The notes under the pieces were generated by a model. It did not search any database and was not told where the DNA came from. It was given only the letters and a program-made list of their open reading frames with translations. The position numbers and the translations under genes were made by a program. Shown in pieces: positions 1 to 10,142 of a stretch of DNA of 64,000 bases. Location of the stretch: contig JACPUC010000007.1 in assembly GCA_016192455.1 (NCBI GenBank), positions 132,720 through 196,719 of the forward strand, written 5' to 3'. The stretch's first letter is position 1, and the number at the start of each line of letters is the position of its first letter. This DNA comes from Candidatus Tectimicrobiota bacterium (GTDB lineage Bacteria > JACPUC01).

Positions 1-1
1 G

Positions 2-409
2 GATAACCGCGAGGCCTCGATCCGCATCCCCTCGAAGTACCGGCAACGCGAGATGGAGAGCACGAACCTCGAGCTGAAGCCGGTCGATTCCAGCTCGAAC
101 CCCTACCTGGCGCTTGGCGGGGTTCTCGCCTGCGGCCTCGATGGCGTGGCGCGCCGCCTGCCCCTGGGCGAGCCCGCGCGGCAGGACCCAGATGCGCTGC
201 CGCCCGAGGAGCGCCGACGCCTCGGCATCAGCCGCTACCCGCTGAACCTCGCCGAGGCCCTTGCCGCCCTGGAGGCCGATGCCGTGCTCCGCGACGCCCT
301 TGGCGCTGCCCTGCACCGTGAGTACCTGATCGTCAAGCAGGCGGAGTGGAAGGCCCTGAGCGAGATGGATGAAGCCTCGGAGATTGCCGCGCACTTCTAC
401 AAGTATTGA
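2..409 (+). CDS. Glutamine synthetase family protein, C-terminal part (5' truncated by window edge)
   Basis: The frame from position 2 reads DNREASIRIP...NLELKPVDSSSNPYLALGGVLACGLDG, the C-terminal motifs of the GS catalytic domain; stop at 407-409. Confidence 0.88.
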   Translation, partial: DNREASIRIPSKYRQREMESTNLELKPVDSSSNPYLALGGVLACGLDGVARRLPLGEPARQDPDALPPEERRRLGISRYPLNLAEALAALEADAVLRDALGAALHREYLIVKQAEWKALSEMDEASEIAAHFYKY

Positions 410-540
410 GCCGCTCGACCCTCCGGCGCCTCGAGCCTGAACTGCGAGGTGTTGAGCGTGCGGGCGGCATGGCCGTCAGGAGCCGCCCGACCACCAGAGG
501 CTGGGGGTGCGGCGTTGCCCCCGCTTTCCAGTTGCGCTCC

Positions 541-1695
541 ATGCCCCTCGATCTCTCTCCCCTGCCGCTGATCGACGCGCACTGCCACAGCCTTCTCCGC
601 GACTTCACCCAGCTCGACGAGGCGGCGTTCCTCGGCCACTTCAGCGAATCGAGCGATCCTCAGCAGCTCCTCCACCACGTGCCGCACAGCCTCTTCTGGC
701 ACGGCGCGCAGCGACTCCTCTCCTCCCTCCACGGCTGCGCGCCGGAGCTGCCGGCGCTCCTCGAAGCGCGCCGCAAGACGGCGCCGGCCGAGCTCATTAC
801 TCGGCTGCTCAGCGGTCAGGGGTATCAGGCGATGCTCGTCGATCGCGCCTATCCGCCGCACGGCCTTCCCCTGGAAGAGCTCCAGGCGCTCCTCCCCGCG
901 CGGCTCTACGAGGTGGTGCGCATCGAAGCCGTCGCCGAGGAACTGTTGCCGCAAACCTCCGGCTTGCGCGCCTTGCAGCGCGCCTTCGGGGAGGCCCTGC
1001 GGCGCGCCGTCGAGGCCGGCGCGGTGGCGTTCAAGAGCATCATCGCCTACCGTGCCGGCCTGCGCCTCGACGCGCCGTCGGAGAGCAAGGCGCGGGCCGC
1101 GTACAAGCGCGAGATTGAGGCGGCCGAGCAGAGCGGCAGGGTGCGTCTCCAGGAGGCCCCCCTACTTGCCATCCTGCTGCGCCAGGCCCTCGAGATCGCG
1201 GCGGAGCATGGCTTGCCGTTCCAGTTCCACACCGGCTTTGGAGATCAGGACCTCGACCTGCGGCTCGCCGATCCGCTCCACCTGCGGCCGATCCTCCGCG
1301 ACCCCGGCCTCGCCGGCGTGCCGATCGTGCTCCTCCACGCCGGCTACCCCTACGTGCGTCAGGCCGGCTACCTGGCGAGCACCTACCCGCAGGTGTACGT
1401 CGACTGGTCCCTTGCGGCGCCCTTCCTGCACCTGGGGCTCGAGCCCCTGCTGGCAAGCCTGCTGGAGCTGGCGCCGTTTTCCAAGCTCCTCTTCGGCTCC
1501 GACGCGCATGGCATCCCGGAGCACTGGTTGCTGGCGGCGCGCTGGAGCAAACGCGCCCTTGGGCAGGTGCTCAACCGCTACGTTGAGCGCGGCTGGTTGA
1601 GCACCAGCCAGGCCTCTGACGCCGCGCACCTCATGCTCTGGAAAAACGCCGCCATCCTCTTCCGCCTGCCGTCGAGTCCGTCAGCGCGCGGCTGA
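541..1695 (+). CDS. Amidohydrolase (FluG/nodulin N-terminal-like, TIM-barrel metallohydrolase)
   Basis: IDAHCH, FKSIIAYR, QFHTGFGD, LLHAGYP and LFGSDAH motifs; start moved to ATG 541 (MPLDLSPLPLIDAHCH). Confidence 0.88.
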   Translation: MPLDLSPLPLIDAHCHSLLRDFTQLDEAAFLGHFSESSDPQQLLHHVPHSLFWHGAQRLLSSLHGCAPELPALLEARRKTAPAELITRLLSGQGYQAMLVDRAYPPHGLPLEELQALLPARLYEVVRIEAVAEELLPQTSGLRALQRAFGEALRRAVEAGAVAFKSIIAYRAGLRLDAPSESKARAAYKREIEAAEQSGRVRLQEAPLLAILLRQALEIAAEHGLPFQFHTGFGDQDLDLRLADPLHLRPILRDPGLAGVPIVLLHAGYPYVRQAGYLASTYPQVYVDWSLAAPFLHLGLEPLLASLLELAPFSKLLFGSDAHGIPEHWLLAARWSKRALGQVLNRYVERGWLSTSQASDAAHLMLWKNAAILFRLPSSPSARG

Positions 1696-1925
1696 GATGC
1701 CGCTCCGCGGCCCACGCGACGTCCCAGAGACCCGCCCGCGACGCTTGCCGGCGCTTCGGCGGCGCCTGGGGGGGCCGCGCGGCGGGCTGGGAGGAGACTG
1801 CGGCGGCGACAGCACGCTGCGGGGCGCCGCTGGAGAGCCGAGAAAATAATGTGAATACTGTAACGAGGCAGGAGCTTGGTAGTCTAATATAGACCGTAGG
1901 TGTGCGGCGAGGGTCCCGAAGAAGT

Positions 1926-1954
1926 TTGCGGCAGGGCGCGGAATTGGCCATACT
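1926..1954 (+). promoter_or_regulatory. Putative sigma70 promoter for the MoxR/vWA operon
   Basis: TTGCGG-N17-CATACT in a locally AT-richer intergenic region. Confidence 0.3.
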
Positions 1955-2222
1955 GTGGCGCAGTCGAGTGCGGCTCCTGCCAACGGGCGCGAAGGCCAGA
2001 GAGCGGTAAGCTCTCTGTCTGCGTTCGGGGCGGCTGGCCGAGGGGCACGTCATGGCGCCGCCCGGATGTTCTCCTGGCGACAGCCGCGCCTGTCCTCTTA
2101 CCATCACCTCATGTGCCAGCTCTCGCAGTTACCAGTCTCACGATCGCAGAGGCGCGGGGACGCGTAAGGGTCTTGTTGTGAGAGGGAGAGGAGGGAGGGA
2201 GCGGGCCCTCCGAGGAGGTCGC

Positions 2223-5200
2223 ATGCAACCACCGAGCCGTGCGTATCCCTCTGATTTTCAAGCGGTGCGCGGCTACTTCACGCAGCTTGCGCGGCGCCTT
2301 CGTAGGCTTGCCGGGCTGCACGTGCTCCTCCTCGCCCTCCTCGGCGCGGCAGCCCTGATCCTCCTTGGTCCGGCCGCCGCCACCCTCAAGCACCTTTTCC
2401 CCTGGGCCCCGCTGTTCTATGCCGGTCTCGGCCTCCTCCTCGCCGGCGCCTTTCTCGTCCAAGCCTTCCGCTGGTTGCTGCGACACTGGCGAGCGGAAGA
2501 CCTCGCCCTGCGGTTGGAACAGCTCTACCCCGGCCTGCGCAACGACGCCATCAGCTCGCTGCAGCTCGAAGCCTACACACAGCCCGCGCCGGAAGAGGCG
2601 GGGAGTGCAGCGGCCCCCGCCCGTCCCGCGGACGGGGAGGCCGAACCGCGTGCCGGCCGCCGGGGCGCGGCACGGCGCGGCAGCGTCTCCACCAGCCTCA
2701 TCCACGCTCTCCAACGCGCCACGCGCCGAAAGCTCGAGGCGATCGACGCCCAGGTGCTCGTCCCCATCCGCAACCTCAAGTGGCTCAGCGTCGCCTGCGC
2801 GCTGGGTCTGGCCGCGCTGCTCGTGACGCTGGCGATGCAGCCGCAGACGCTGCGCCTGGCGACGGAACACCTCTTTCACCCCCTTGCCAGCATGCCGCCG
2901 CGCCATTTCACCATCACTATGGAGCCGGGCGACCGCCAGGTGGCGCGGGGGCAGGCCGTCACCCTCACCGCCCAAGCCCATGAGCGCCAGCCCGCCAGCA
3001 TGCGCCTTGCCTTGCGCTTTGCCGACGGCAGCCGCCGCGAGATGGTGATGCAAGCCGCCGCCGCATCCGGGGCTGACGCCGCCGCGATCGACCCGCAACG
3101 CGGCGGTCGCTTCACGCACACCCTGGCGCGGGTTCAGCAGTCGTTCCGCTACCGCGCCGCCTCCGGCGTTTCCCAGTCGGAGGAGCACGCCATCACCGCG
3201 GTGGACCCGCCGCACCTCGGCAACGTGCGGGTGAGCTACGTCTTCCCGAAGTACACCGGTCTGGCGCCGAAGGCGGAGGTGCCGAGCGGCCACATCCAGG
3301 CCCTGGTGGGCTCGGAAATCACCATCCACTTCGACGCCGACAAGGAGCTGCAAAACGGCAAGCTCGCCTTTGACGATGGCTCGGAGGTACTCCTCGAGGT
3401 CCAGAGGGAGGCCCAAGCGAGCGACAGGCCGGCGAACGAGGCCAAAGCTCCGGCGGTGGACTCCTTCCGGGGGATGAGCGTCACCGGCGTCTTCATCCTG
3501 ACGCGCAGCGGCACCTATCGGGCCGAGGTCACCGACACCCTCGGTTTCCGCAATCCCGAGCCGGTGGTCTACTCGATGAAGGCGGTTCCCGACGCCTCCC
3601 CGCAGGTGGAGATTCTCGAGCCGGCCACCGATCTCGTAGTCGACGAAGGGCAGAACCTGAACCTCGTCTTTCTGGCTCGAGATGATTTCGGCATCAGCCA
3701 GGCCACGCTCGTCTACCACAAGGGAAACAAGGAGGCGCAGCGCCTCCCTGTCGAGACGCTGCGCGAGCGCAAGACCCTCTACAAGAGCTCGTATACGTGG
3801 TCCCTGGCTGGTCTCGGCTTGGAGGCCGGTGAAGAGATCACCTACTTCCTCGAAGTGGAAGACAACGACATCATCTCCGGCCCCAAGAAAGGTGTCTCGA
3901 AGACCTACCGGCTGACGCTGCGCAGTCGCGAGGCGGTCCACGAGGAAGCGCAGAAGAGCCAGGAGGAGATCACCAACGAGCTCCTCGATCTCCTTGCCGA
4001 GCAGCTCGAGATGCAGGCCGACACGGAGAAGCTCGCGACCCAGGCGTTGCCGCGAAGCCTCGATGAGGCCGAGCCGTATCGCAACCTCCTGGAGCGCGAT
4101 GCAAGACTCCAGGAGCGCGTCGACCGCCTGAGCCAGAAGGTGTCCGAAGCGCAGCAGCGCATCCAGCAGGACCCCCTCAATAACTACGGGGCTTACCTGG
4201 ATATGAACACCCTGCGGCAGAACCTCCAGTACCTGCGCCAGACGTTGCAGCCGCAGGCCTCCAAGGCCCTCGAAGGTCTCAGCAGCCGCGAACCGCCGCC
4301 CTCTCCGAGCTCCGAGCCGCAGGGGCTGCCGGAAGAGCTGCAGCGGCGCGCCAGCCGGCCGGATGCCCGGGCGGGATCGCCCCCCCAGCCCGAGCGCCGC
4401 TCCGATCAAGCCTTTGAGTCGCGCCTCAACGATCTCCTGTCGCAGCAGGAGCAGGTGACCTCCGAGATCGAGCGCCTCAGCTCCTTCAGCGAGGAGATGC
4501 AGCAGCGGCAGCAGATGTCCGATCTCGGCAACCTCGGCAAGCAGCTCACCAACCTCCAGAACCGGCTCCTCGATCGTCTCGACGCCATGCAGAAGGGCAT
4601 GGACGCGGCCGCTCGCGGCGCCCTCGAGAAGGAGCTGCAGCAGGTCCAGGACCTCATGGCGAAGCTCAGCGAGGCGCTGCGCAAGCTGCCCAGCCAGCTT
4701 CCCGACGAGTTCCTCAACCAAGCCAACGTCAAGGAGCTTGGCCTCGACCAGATTCAGCAGGGGCTCGACGAGGTGCGGCGCAAGCTCGCCGAGGGAGACC
4801 TGGAGGGGGCGCGCCAGGCACTCGAGCGCATGATGCAGAAGCTCTCGCAGATGCTCGCCATGCTGCAGAACGCCCAGCAGATGGCGGAGCGGAATGCCAT
4901 GGGCGGCATGCAGAACTCGGCGCAACGCTCCTCCAGCGAGATGGAGGAGATCATCAAGGAGCAGGGCGACATCCTGCAGCTCACCCAGGCAGTCGAGAAG
5001 GCGCTTGCCGGGCGACTCATGGAGGCGCAGAAGGAGGCGCTTGAGCGCCTTGTCCCGAAGACGAAGGCGCAGCTCGAGGCCCTCCGCAACATCAACCGCA
5101 ATGCCTGGCGGGATAGCACGCTCGACCCCAGCTTGCAAATCTGGAGTTTCGACCAGTTCAACGCGGTCGATAAAGCCGTCACCTCGATGAAGGAGAGCCT

Positions 5201-5975
5201 CGACAATCGCCGCATCGCCGAGTTCGCCGAGCAGGCGCGGGCGGCGCTCGAGGAGTTTGAGCAGCTCGGGCGCGCCGCCGAGGCCGAGCCGCGCCCGCCG
5301 CTGCGCGACGATCCGCTGGAGCCGATGCGCCGTCGCGCCAGCGTGGCGCAGCGCACCCTGAAGGAAATCCTGCAGGCCCTCGAGGGTCTGGAGGTTTCGC
5401 CGCGACGCCTCCTGAGCGAGGCGGAGCTCCAGGCTCTCGAAAAGCTCACGGGCCGCGAAGGCGACCTGCGGGAGCGCACCGAGCGCTTCCACGAACGCCT
5501 GCGCGAGATCGCCAAACTCCTGCCGTTCCTGCCGCAGGAAGTGGTGGATCAGATCGGCGCCGCGGTTCCCAACATGGCCGCGGCAACCAAGGAACTCTCC
5601 CACCAGCGCCCCCGCCAGGCCGCCGTGCAGGAGACGGAGGCGCTGCGGCATCTCTTGCAAAGCCAGCAGAGCCTGCAGCAAGCGCTCCAGCAGATGGCGC
5701 AGCGGGGAACCATGGGTGGCATGGCGATGCCGCTCATCCTGCAGTCCCGGGCGCAGCCGCTCCTCCCCGGCATGCCGAACATGCCGCCCATGCAGCCGGG
5801 ACAGCTCCAGGAGGGGGTGATGGGGGTGAACCGCGAGAACTTCCGGCTGCCGCAAGCGGGGGAGTACCAAGTGCCGAAGGTCTTCCGCGAGGAGATCATG
5901 GAGGCGCTGAAAGAGGGAGTCCCCGAAAGCTTCCGCGAGCAGGTGGAGCAGTACTACCAGAACCTCGTCGAGTGA
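2223..5975 (+). CDS. DUF4175-like large membrane-anchored protein (TM helices, Ig-like beta domains, long Q/E/M-rich coiled coil)
   Basis: Three N-terminal hydrophobic segments, PxYTG and ARDDFGI motifs, long helical C-terminus ending VPESFREQVEQYYQNL; GGAGG upstream of ATG 2223. Confidence 0.75.
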   Translation: MQPPSRAYPSDFQAVRGYFTQLARRLRRLAGLHVLLLALLGAAALILLGPAAATLKHLFPWAPLFYAGLGLLLAGAFLVQAFRWLLRHWRAEDLALRLEQLYPGLRNDAISSLQLEAYTQPAPEEAGSAAAPARPADGEAEPRAGRRGAARRGSVSTSLIHALQRATRRKLEAIDAQVLVPIRNLKWLSVACALGLAALLVTLAMQPQTLRLATEHLFHPLASMPPRHFTITMEPGDRQVARGQAVTLTAQAHERQPASMRLALRFADGSRREMVMQAAAASGADAAAIDPQRGGRFTHTLARVQQSFRYRAASGVSQSEEHAITAVDPPHLGNVRVSYVFPKYTGLAPKAEVPSGHIQALVGSEITIHFDADKELQNGKLAFDDGSEVLLEVQREAQASDRPANEAKAPAVDSFRGMSVTGVFILTRSGTYRAEVTDTLGFRNPEPVVYSMKAVPDASPQVEILEPATDLVVDEGQNLNLVFLARDDFGISQATLVYHKGNKEAQRLPVETLRERKTLYKSSYTWSLAGLGLEAGEEITYFLEVEDNDIISGPKKGVSKTYRLTLRSREAVHEEAQKSQEEITNELLDLLAEQLEMQADTEKLATQALPRSLDEAEPYRNLLERDARLQERVDRLSQKVSEAQQRIQQDPLNNYGAYLDMNTLRQNLQYLRQTLQPQASKALEGLSSREPPPSPSSEPQGLPEELQRRASRPDARAGSPPQPERRSDQAFESRLNDLLSQQEQVTSEIERLSSFSEEMQQRQQMSDLGNLGKQLTNLQNRLLDRLDAMQKGMDAAARGALEKELQQVQDLMAKLSEALRKLPSQLPDEFLNQANVKELGLDQIQQGLDEVRRKLAEGDLEGARQALERMMQKLSQMLAMLQNAQQMAERNAMGGMQNSAQRSSSEMEEIIKEQGDILQLTQAVEKALAGRLMEAQKEALERLVPKTKAQLEALRNINRNAWRDSTLDPSLQIWSFDQFNAVDKAVTSMKESLDNRRIAEFAEQARAALEEFEQLGRAAEAEPRPPLRDDPLEPMRRRASVAQRTLKEILQALEGLEVSPRRLLSEAELQALEKLTGREGDLRERTERFHERLREIAKLLPFLPQEVVDQIGAAVPNMAAATKELSHQRPRQAAVQETEALRHLLQSQQSLQQALQQMAQRGTMGGMAMPLILQSRAQPLLPGMPNMPPMQPGQLQEGVMGVNRENFRLPQAGEYQVPKVFREEIMEALKEGVPESFREQVEQYYQNLVE

Positions 5976-5994
5976 TTCCCGAGCGAAACCGGCA

Positions 5995-7893
5995 ATGACC
6001 GGCACGGCGTTGGGGTTGGGGTTGGCAGAGGAGGGGCGGGGCGTGCGGACCGCGGTTCACTGGCGATCGGAACATGACGGGCATCGCAAGGGTCTCGTGG
6101 CCGGGCGGGATGCTGCGGCGGGCGGCATGGCCTGCCTCGGCGACCGGCCAGGGTCTGCGTGGCCCCGCAGGCTGCTGCGCGATCGACTCCGCGGGCGGAC
6201 TGCCTGGGCGTTGATCTTCGTCGCGCTGGCGGCTGCCGTCGCCGGCTTTTCGGGGCCGGGACGCGCCTCCGTCCTTGCCGCCTCGGCACCTTCGGCCGCA
6301 CCTTCGGCGCCGGCGGGTTCGCCAGCAATCCCCGCGGAGGTCCTCCCTCCCCCGGCGCTGCCGCCCGGGGCGCGCGCCGCGCTCGACACGACGGAGCGCC
6401 GCCTCGAAGCCTGGGACTTGGCGGCCGCCCGAGAGGCCCTGAAGGAGGCCACAGCCGCGGCGCCGCGGCACCCGGAGACGCTCGTCATGCAGGCGCGCCT
6501 GGCCTTCTACGCCGGTGAGTACGAGCGCTCCGTGCAGCTCTTTGAGGAGGCGCTCGCGGCGGGGGAGAAGCGTGCCGAGATCGAGTCCTCGAAGGAGTTC
6601 GTGCGCGCCACGGGGGAGGCCACAAAATCCCTCACCCGGCGCGAGAGCAGGCACTTCATCCTGGCGCTGGATGAAGCGAGGGACGGCATCCTGGCCGAGT
6701 ACGCGCTCGACACGCTCGAACGCGCCCAGGCTGCGCTGGCGGCGATGCTGGGTTTCGAGCCGACGCAGAAGGTGCGGGTGGAGATTTTACCGGATCACCA
6801 GAGCTTCCACGCCGCCTCGAGCCTATCGGTGCGGGATATCGAGGTCATCGGCGCCATCGGCATCTGCAAGTTCAACAAGGTGATGCTGCTCACGCCGCGG
6901 GCCCTGGCGCGCGGCTACCGCTGGCTCGACGCCCTCGCCCATGAGTACGTGCACTACGTGATCGTGCGTCTGTCGAACAACCATGCGCCGATCTGGTTCC
7001 ACGAAGGGCTGGCGAAGTACGCCGAGGCCCTCTGGCGGCTGCCGGCGAGCAACTACCTGGCGCCGGTGAACCAGAACCTGCTGGCGCAGGCGAGCTCCGC
7101 CAACCGCTTCGTCGGCTTCGACCGCATGGAGCCCTCCCTGGTTGATCTCGATACCGCCCAGGAAGCGCAGCTCGCCTACGCCGAGAGCGCCTCGGCCATC
7201 GCCTACATCCTCGAGCGTTACGGCAACGCCGCCCTGCGCCAGGTGCTGGCCGCCATGCGCGAGCAGAAGGAGGAGGGCGCCGCCCCGGCGATTGCGCAGG
7301 TGCTCAAGGTTCCCTTTGAGCAGTTTCAACGCCAGTGGAAGGAGTACGTCGCGCAGCTCAAGTTGAAGCCGATTGAAGGGTTGGAGCTGCTGACGCTGAA
7401 GGTGAAGGGGAATGAGGGCACCGACGAGCGCCAGGAGCTGGCGGAGATCAAGTCGGCGGTGGCGCGCAACCACGTGCGTCTGGGGGACCGCCTGCGCGAC
7501 CGCGGTCGCAGCGGCGCGGCGCTGATCGAGTACCGCCGCGCCCTCAGCAAGAGCCCGTACTCCCCCCCCGTCATGGCGAAGCTGGCGCGCTCGCTGCTGC
7601 GGCACGGCAAGGTCGAGGAGGCGTCGGAGCTTCTGCAGCGAGGCGCGTCGCTCTACCCCGACTACGGGCCGCTCCACGTCAGCCTGGCGGACGCCTTGCA
7701 CCAGCGGCAGCGCTATGACGAGGCGGCCGAGCACTACCGCGAGGCGGTCGCCATCAACCCCTATGACCCGCTCATCCACCGCAACCTGGCGGTCATCGCG
7801 CGGCTGCAGGGCCGCAGCGACGAGCTGGCGCGCGAGGAGGCGGTGCTGCGCAAGCTCCTCGGCGGGTCGCCGGAGCGCCGCTCCAGCCCCTGA
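5995..7893 (+). CDS. TPR-containing peptidase MA (gluzincin-like) metalloprotein; start uncertain (5995 or 6127)
   Basis: HEYVH...PIWFHEGLAKY zinc-binding pattern flanked by TPR-like repeats; hydrophobic signal/anchor segment near the N-terminus. Confidence 0.8.
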   Translation: MTGTALGLGLAEEGRGVRTAVHWRSEHDGHRKGLVAGRDAAAGGMACLGDRPGSAWPRRLLRDRLRGRTAWALIFVALAAAVAGFSGPGRASVLAASAPSAAPSAPAGSPAIPAEVLPPPALPPGARAALDTTERRLEAWDLAAAREALKEATAAAPRHPETLVMQARLAFYAGEYERSVQLFEEALAAGEKRAEIESSKEFVRATGEATKSLTRRESRHFILALDEARDGILAEYALDTLERAQAALAAMLGFEPTQKVRVEILPDHQSFHAASSLSVRDIEVIGAIGICKFNKVMLLTPRALARGYRWLDALAHEYVHYVIVRLSNNHAPIWFHEGLAKYAEALWRLPASNYLAPVNQNLLAQASSANRFVGFDRMEPSLVDLDTAQEAQLAYAESASAIAYILERYGNAALRQVLAAMREQKEEGAAPAIAQVLKVPFEQFQRQWKEYVAQLKLKPIEGLELLTLKVKGNEGTDERQELAEIKSAVARNHVRLGDRLRDRGRSGAALIEYRRALSKSPYSPPVMAKLARSLLRHGKVEEASELLQRGASLYPDYGPLHVSLADALHQRQRYDEAAEHYREAVAINPYDPLIHRNLAVIARLQGRSDELAREEAVLRKLLGGSPERRSSP

Positions 7894-7956
7894 GATCAGC
7901 CGGAGACATGCGTCATCCCTTCAGTTCCCGAGCCTGACGGCAGCCGGAGAATCTCC

Positions 7957-9012
7957 ATGTACGACGAGACCACTGAGCCAACAATCCCTGACCTTGAGCC
8001 GACGGACGCGGACCTGGCCGCAGTGGCCGACCTGCATGGCAGGCGCGACGCCATCGTGCATGAGCTGCGCAAGGTGATCGTGGGGCAGGAGCAGATCATC
8101 AACGAGCTCCTCGTTGCCCTCTTCTGCCGCGGCCACTGCCTCCTCGTCGGCGTGCCCGGGCTGGCGAAGACCCTGCTCATCAACTCCCTGGCGAACATCC
8201 TCGACCTCACCTTCAACCGCATCCAGTTCACCCCCGACCTCATGCCGTCGGACATCACGGGCACCGATATCCTCGAGGAGCATCCCGAAACCGGCCAGCG
8301 CTCCTTCCGCTTCCTGAAGGGGCCGATCTTCACGAACATGTTGCTTGCCGACGAGATCAACCGCACGCCGCCGAAGACGCAGGCGGCCCTCCTGCAGGCC
8401 ATGCAGGAATACCGCGTGACGGCGGGAGGCCAGACGTACCCCCTCACCCTCCCCTTCTTCGTGCTGGCGACGCAGAACCCGATCGAACAGGAGGGGACCT
8501 ACCCCCTGCCCGAGGCGCAGCTTGACCGCTTCATGTTCCACATCGGGGTGGACTATCCCAGCTTTGACGAGGAGGTGGAGATCGTTGCCAGCACCACCTC
8601 GCAGTATGAGCCGCGGCTCCAGCACGCCCTCGATGCGCCGCGCATTCTCGATCTGCAACGCTTGATCCGCCGCGTGCCGGCGGCTCCCCACGTGGTGCAC
8701 TACGCGGTGCAGCTCGTGCGGCTGTCGCGGCCGAACGCCAGCGACGCGCCGCAGTTCGTGAAGGACTGGGTGAGCTGGGGCGCCGGGCCGCGGGCCTCGC
8801 AGTTCCTCATCCTGGGGAGCAAGGCGCGGGCCGTCTTGGACGGCCGCTTCGCCGCCTCCGTCGAGGACGTGCGCGTCCTCACCGTGCCGGTGCTGCGGCA
8901 CCGCGTGTTGACGAACTTCAACGCCGAGGCCGACGGCATTCAGTCCACCGACATCATCGAGCGCCTGCTCGAGGAGATGGAGCGCCGTGGCGCGGCGGCA
9001 CTCGCCGCCTAG
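7957..9012 (+). CDS. moxR: MoxR-family AAA+ ATPase
   Basis: GVPGLAKT Walker A, RIQFTPDLMPSDITG, LLADEINRTPPKTQAALL, ATQNPIEQEGTYPLPEAQLDRF. Confidence 0.96.
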   Translation: MYDETTEPTIPDLEPTDADLAAVADLHGRRDAIVHELRKVIVGQEQIINELLVALFCRGHCLLVGVPGLAKTLLINSLANILDLTFNRIQFTPDLMPSDITGTDILEEHPETGQRSFRFLKGPIFTNMLLADEINRTPPKTQAALLQAMQEYRVTAGGQTYPLTLPFFVLATQNPIEQEGTYPLPEAQLDRFMFHIGVDYPSFDEEVEIVASTTSQYEPRLQHALDAPRILDLQRLIRRVPAAPHVVHYAVQLVRLSRPNASDAPQFVKDWVSWGAGPRASQFLILGSKARAVLDGRFAASVEDVRVLTVPVLRHRVLTNFNAEADGIQSTDIIERLLEEMERRGAAALAA

Positions 9013-9038
9013 CCTCGCTGCCGCGCCGTGAGGCACCT

Positions 9039-9932
9039 ATGCCGCCGAGCCTGACCCAACAGCGCTTCTTCGATCCCCTCGTGCTGGCGAAGATCGCCAA
9101 CCTTGCCCTGCGCGCCCGCTACGTGGTCGAGGGGCTGCTCACCGGCCTCCACGACAGCCACTTCAAGGGCTTCAGCGTCGAGTTCGCCGAGCACCGGGAG
9201 TACGCCCCCGGCGACGATCTGCGCCACCTCGACTGGAAGGCCTACGCCAAGTCTGACCGGCACGTCATCAAGCAGTACGAGGAGGAGACGAACCTGCGCA
9301 GCTACCTCCTCCTCGATACGAGCGCCTCGATGGACTACCGCTCGGACGGGGTCAGCAAGTTCGAGTACGCCTCGATGCTGGCGGCCTCCCTTGCCTACCT
9401 GATGCTGAAGCAGCAGGACGCGGTGGGGCTCTTCACCTTCGCCGAGGATGTGCGGCAGGCCGTGCCGCCGCGCTCCGGCCTCGACCACCTGCAGGCGCTC
9501 GCGCACTGCCTGGAGGGCGCCACCCTCGGCGGCCGGACGCACTTCGTCACGACGCTGCGCAACGCCATGAACCGCATCCGCCGGCGTGGCCTCATCATCG
9601 TCATCTCCGACCTCTTCGATGATCCCGAGCGGCTGATCCGCGGCTTGCAGCACCTGCGCCACAAGAAGAACGAGGTGATCGTCTTCCAGATTCTCGACCG
9701 CACGGAAGTCGAGTTCCCCTTCAAGGAGATGACCCGCTTCGAGGACCTCGAGGATGAGCTCTTCGTCAGCACCGATCCGCGGGTCATCCGCGATGAGTAC
9801 CTGCGGGCCCTGGAAGAGTTTCAGAATGCCTACAAGACGGCCCTGAACGCCCACATGGTCGAGTACGCGTTGTTCACCACCCACACGCCCCTCGACAAGG
9901 CCCTGGTGCGGTTCCTCTCCCGGCGGCGCTGA
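9039..9932 (+). CDS. DUF58 / vWA-domain protein (MoxR partner)
   Basis: EFAEHREYAPGDDLRHLDWK, LLDTSASM (MIDAS DxSxS), IVISDLFD. Confidence 0.93.
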   Translation: MPPSLTQQRFFDPLVLAKIANLALRARYVVEGLLTGLHDSHFKGFSVEFAEHREYAPGDDLRHLDWKAYAKSDRHVIKQYEEETNLRSYLLLDTSASMDYRSDGVSKFEYASMLAASLAYLMLKQQDAVGLFTFAEDVRQAVPPRSGLDHLQALAHCLEGATLGGRTHFVTTLRNAMNRIRRRGLIIVISDLFDDPERLIRGLQHLRHKKNEVIVFQILDRTEVEFPFKEMTRFEDLEDELFVSTDPRVIRDEYLRALEEFQNAYKTALNAHMVEYALFTTHTPLDKALVRFLSRRR

Positions 9933-10142
9933 GGGCGGCGGCTCGGCCGCCTCGGGGCGCGCGGAGCGGGGCGCGCCGGTGAGGCGGCGGGGCGGCAGGC
10001 GGCAATCCGGGAGCCGCCGGACGGTCGTTCCGCTGGCGGCAGCAAGAAGTGCGACGCCGCGTCAGCTTGGTAACCTGGAAGCAGACTTGCCATGGCAGGC
10101 GCCGGGCGCTCGCGGGACATCAGGGAGTAGCACGCAGGGACC

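Noticed and set aside
1882-1894. GTCTA-N3-TAGAC palindrome upstream of the MoxR operon
   Set aside because: Only 5-bp arms, single copy and no candidate regulator nearby; could be chance.
2109-6005. 1298-aa minus-strand ORF
   Set aside because: Antisense shadow of the DUF4175-like gene, typical of high-GC codon bias; no motifs.
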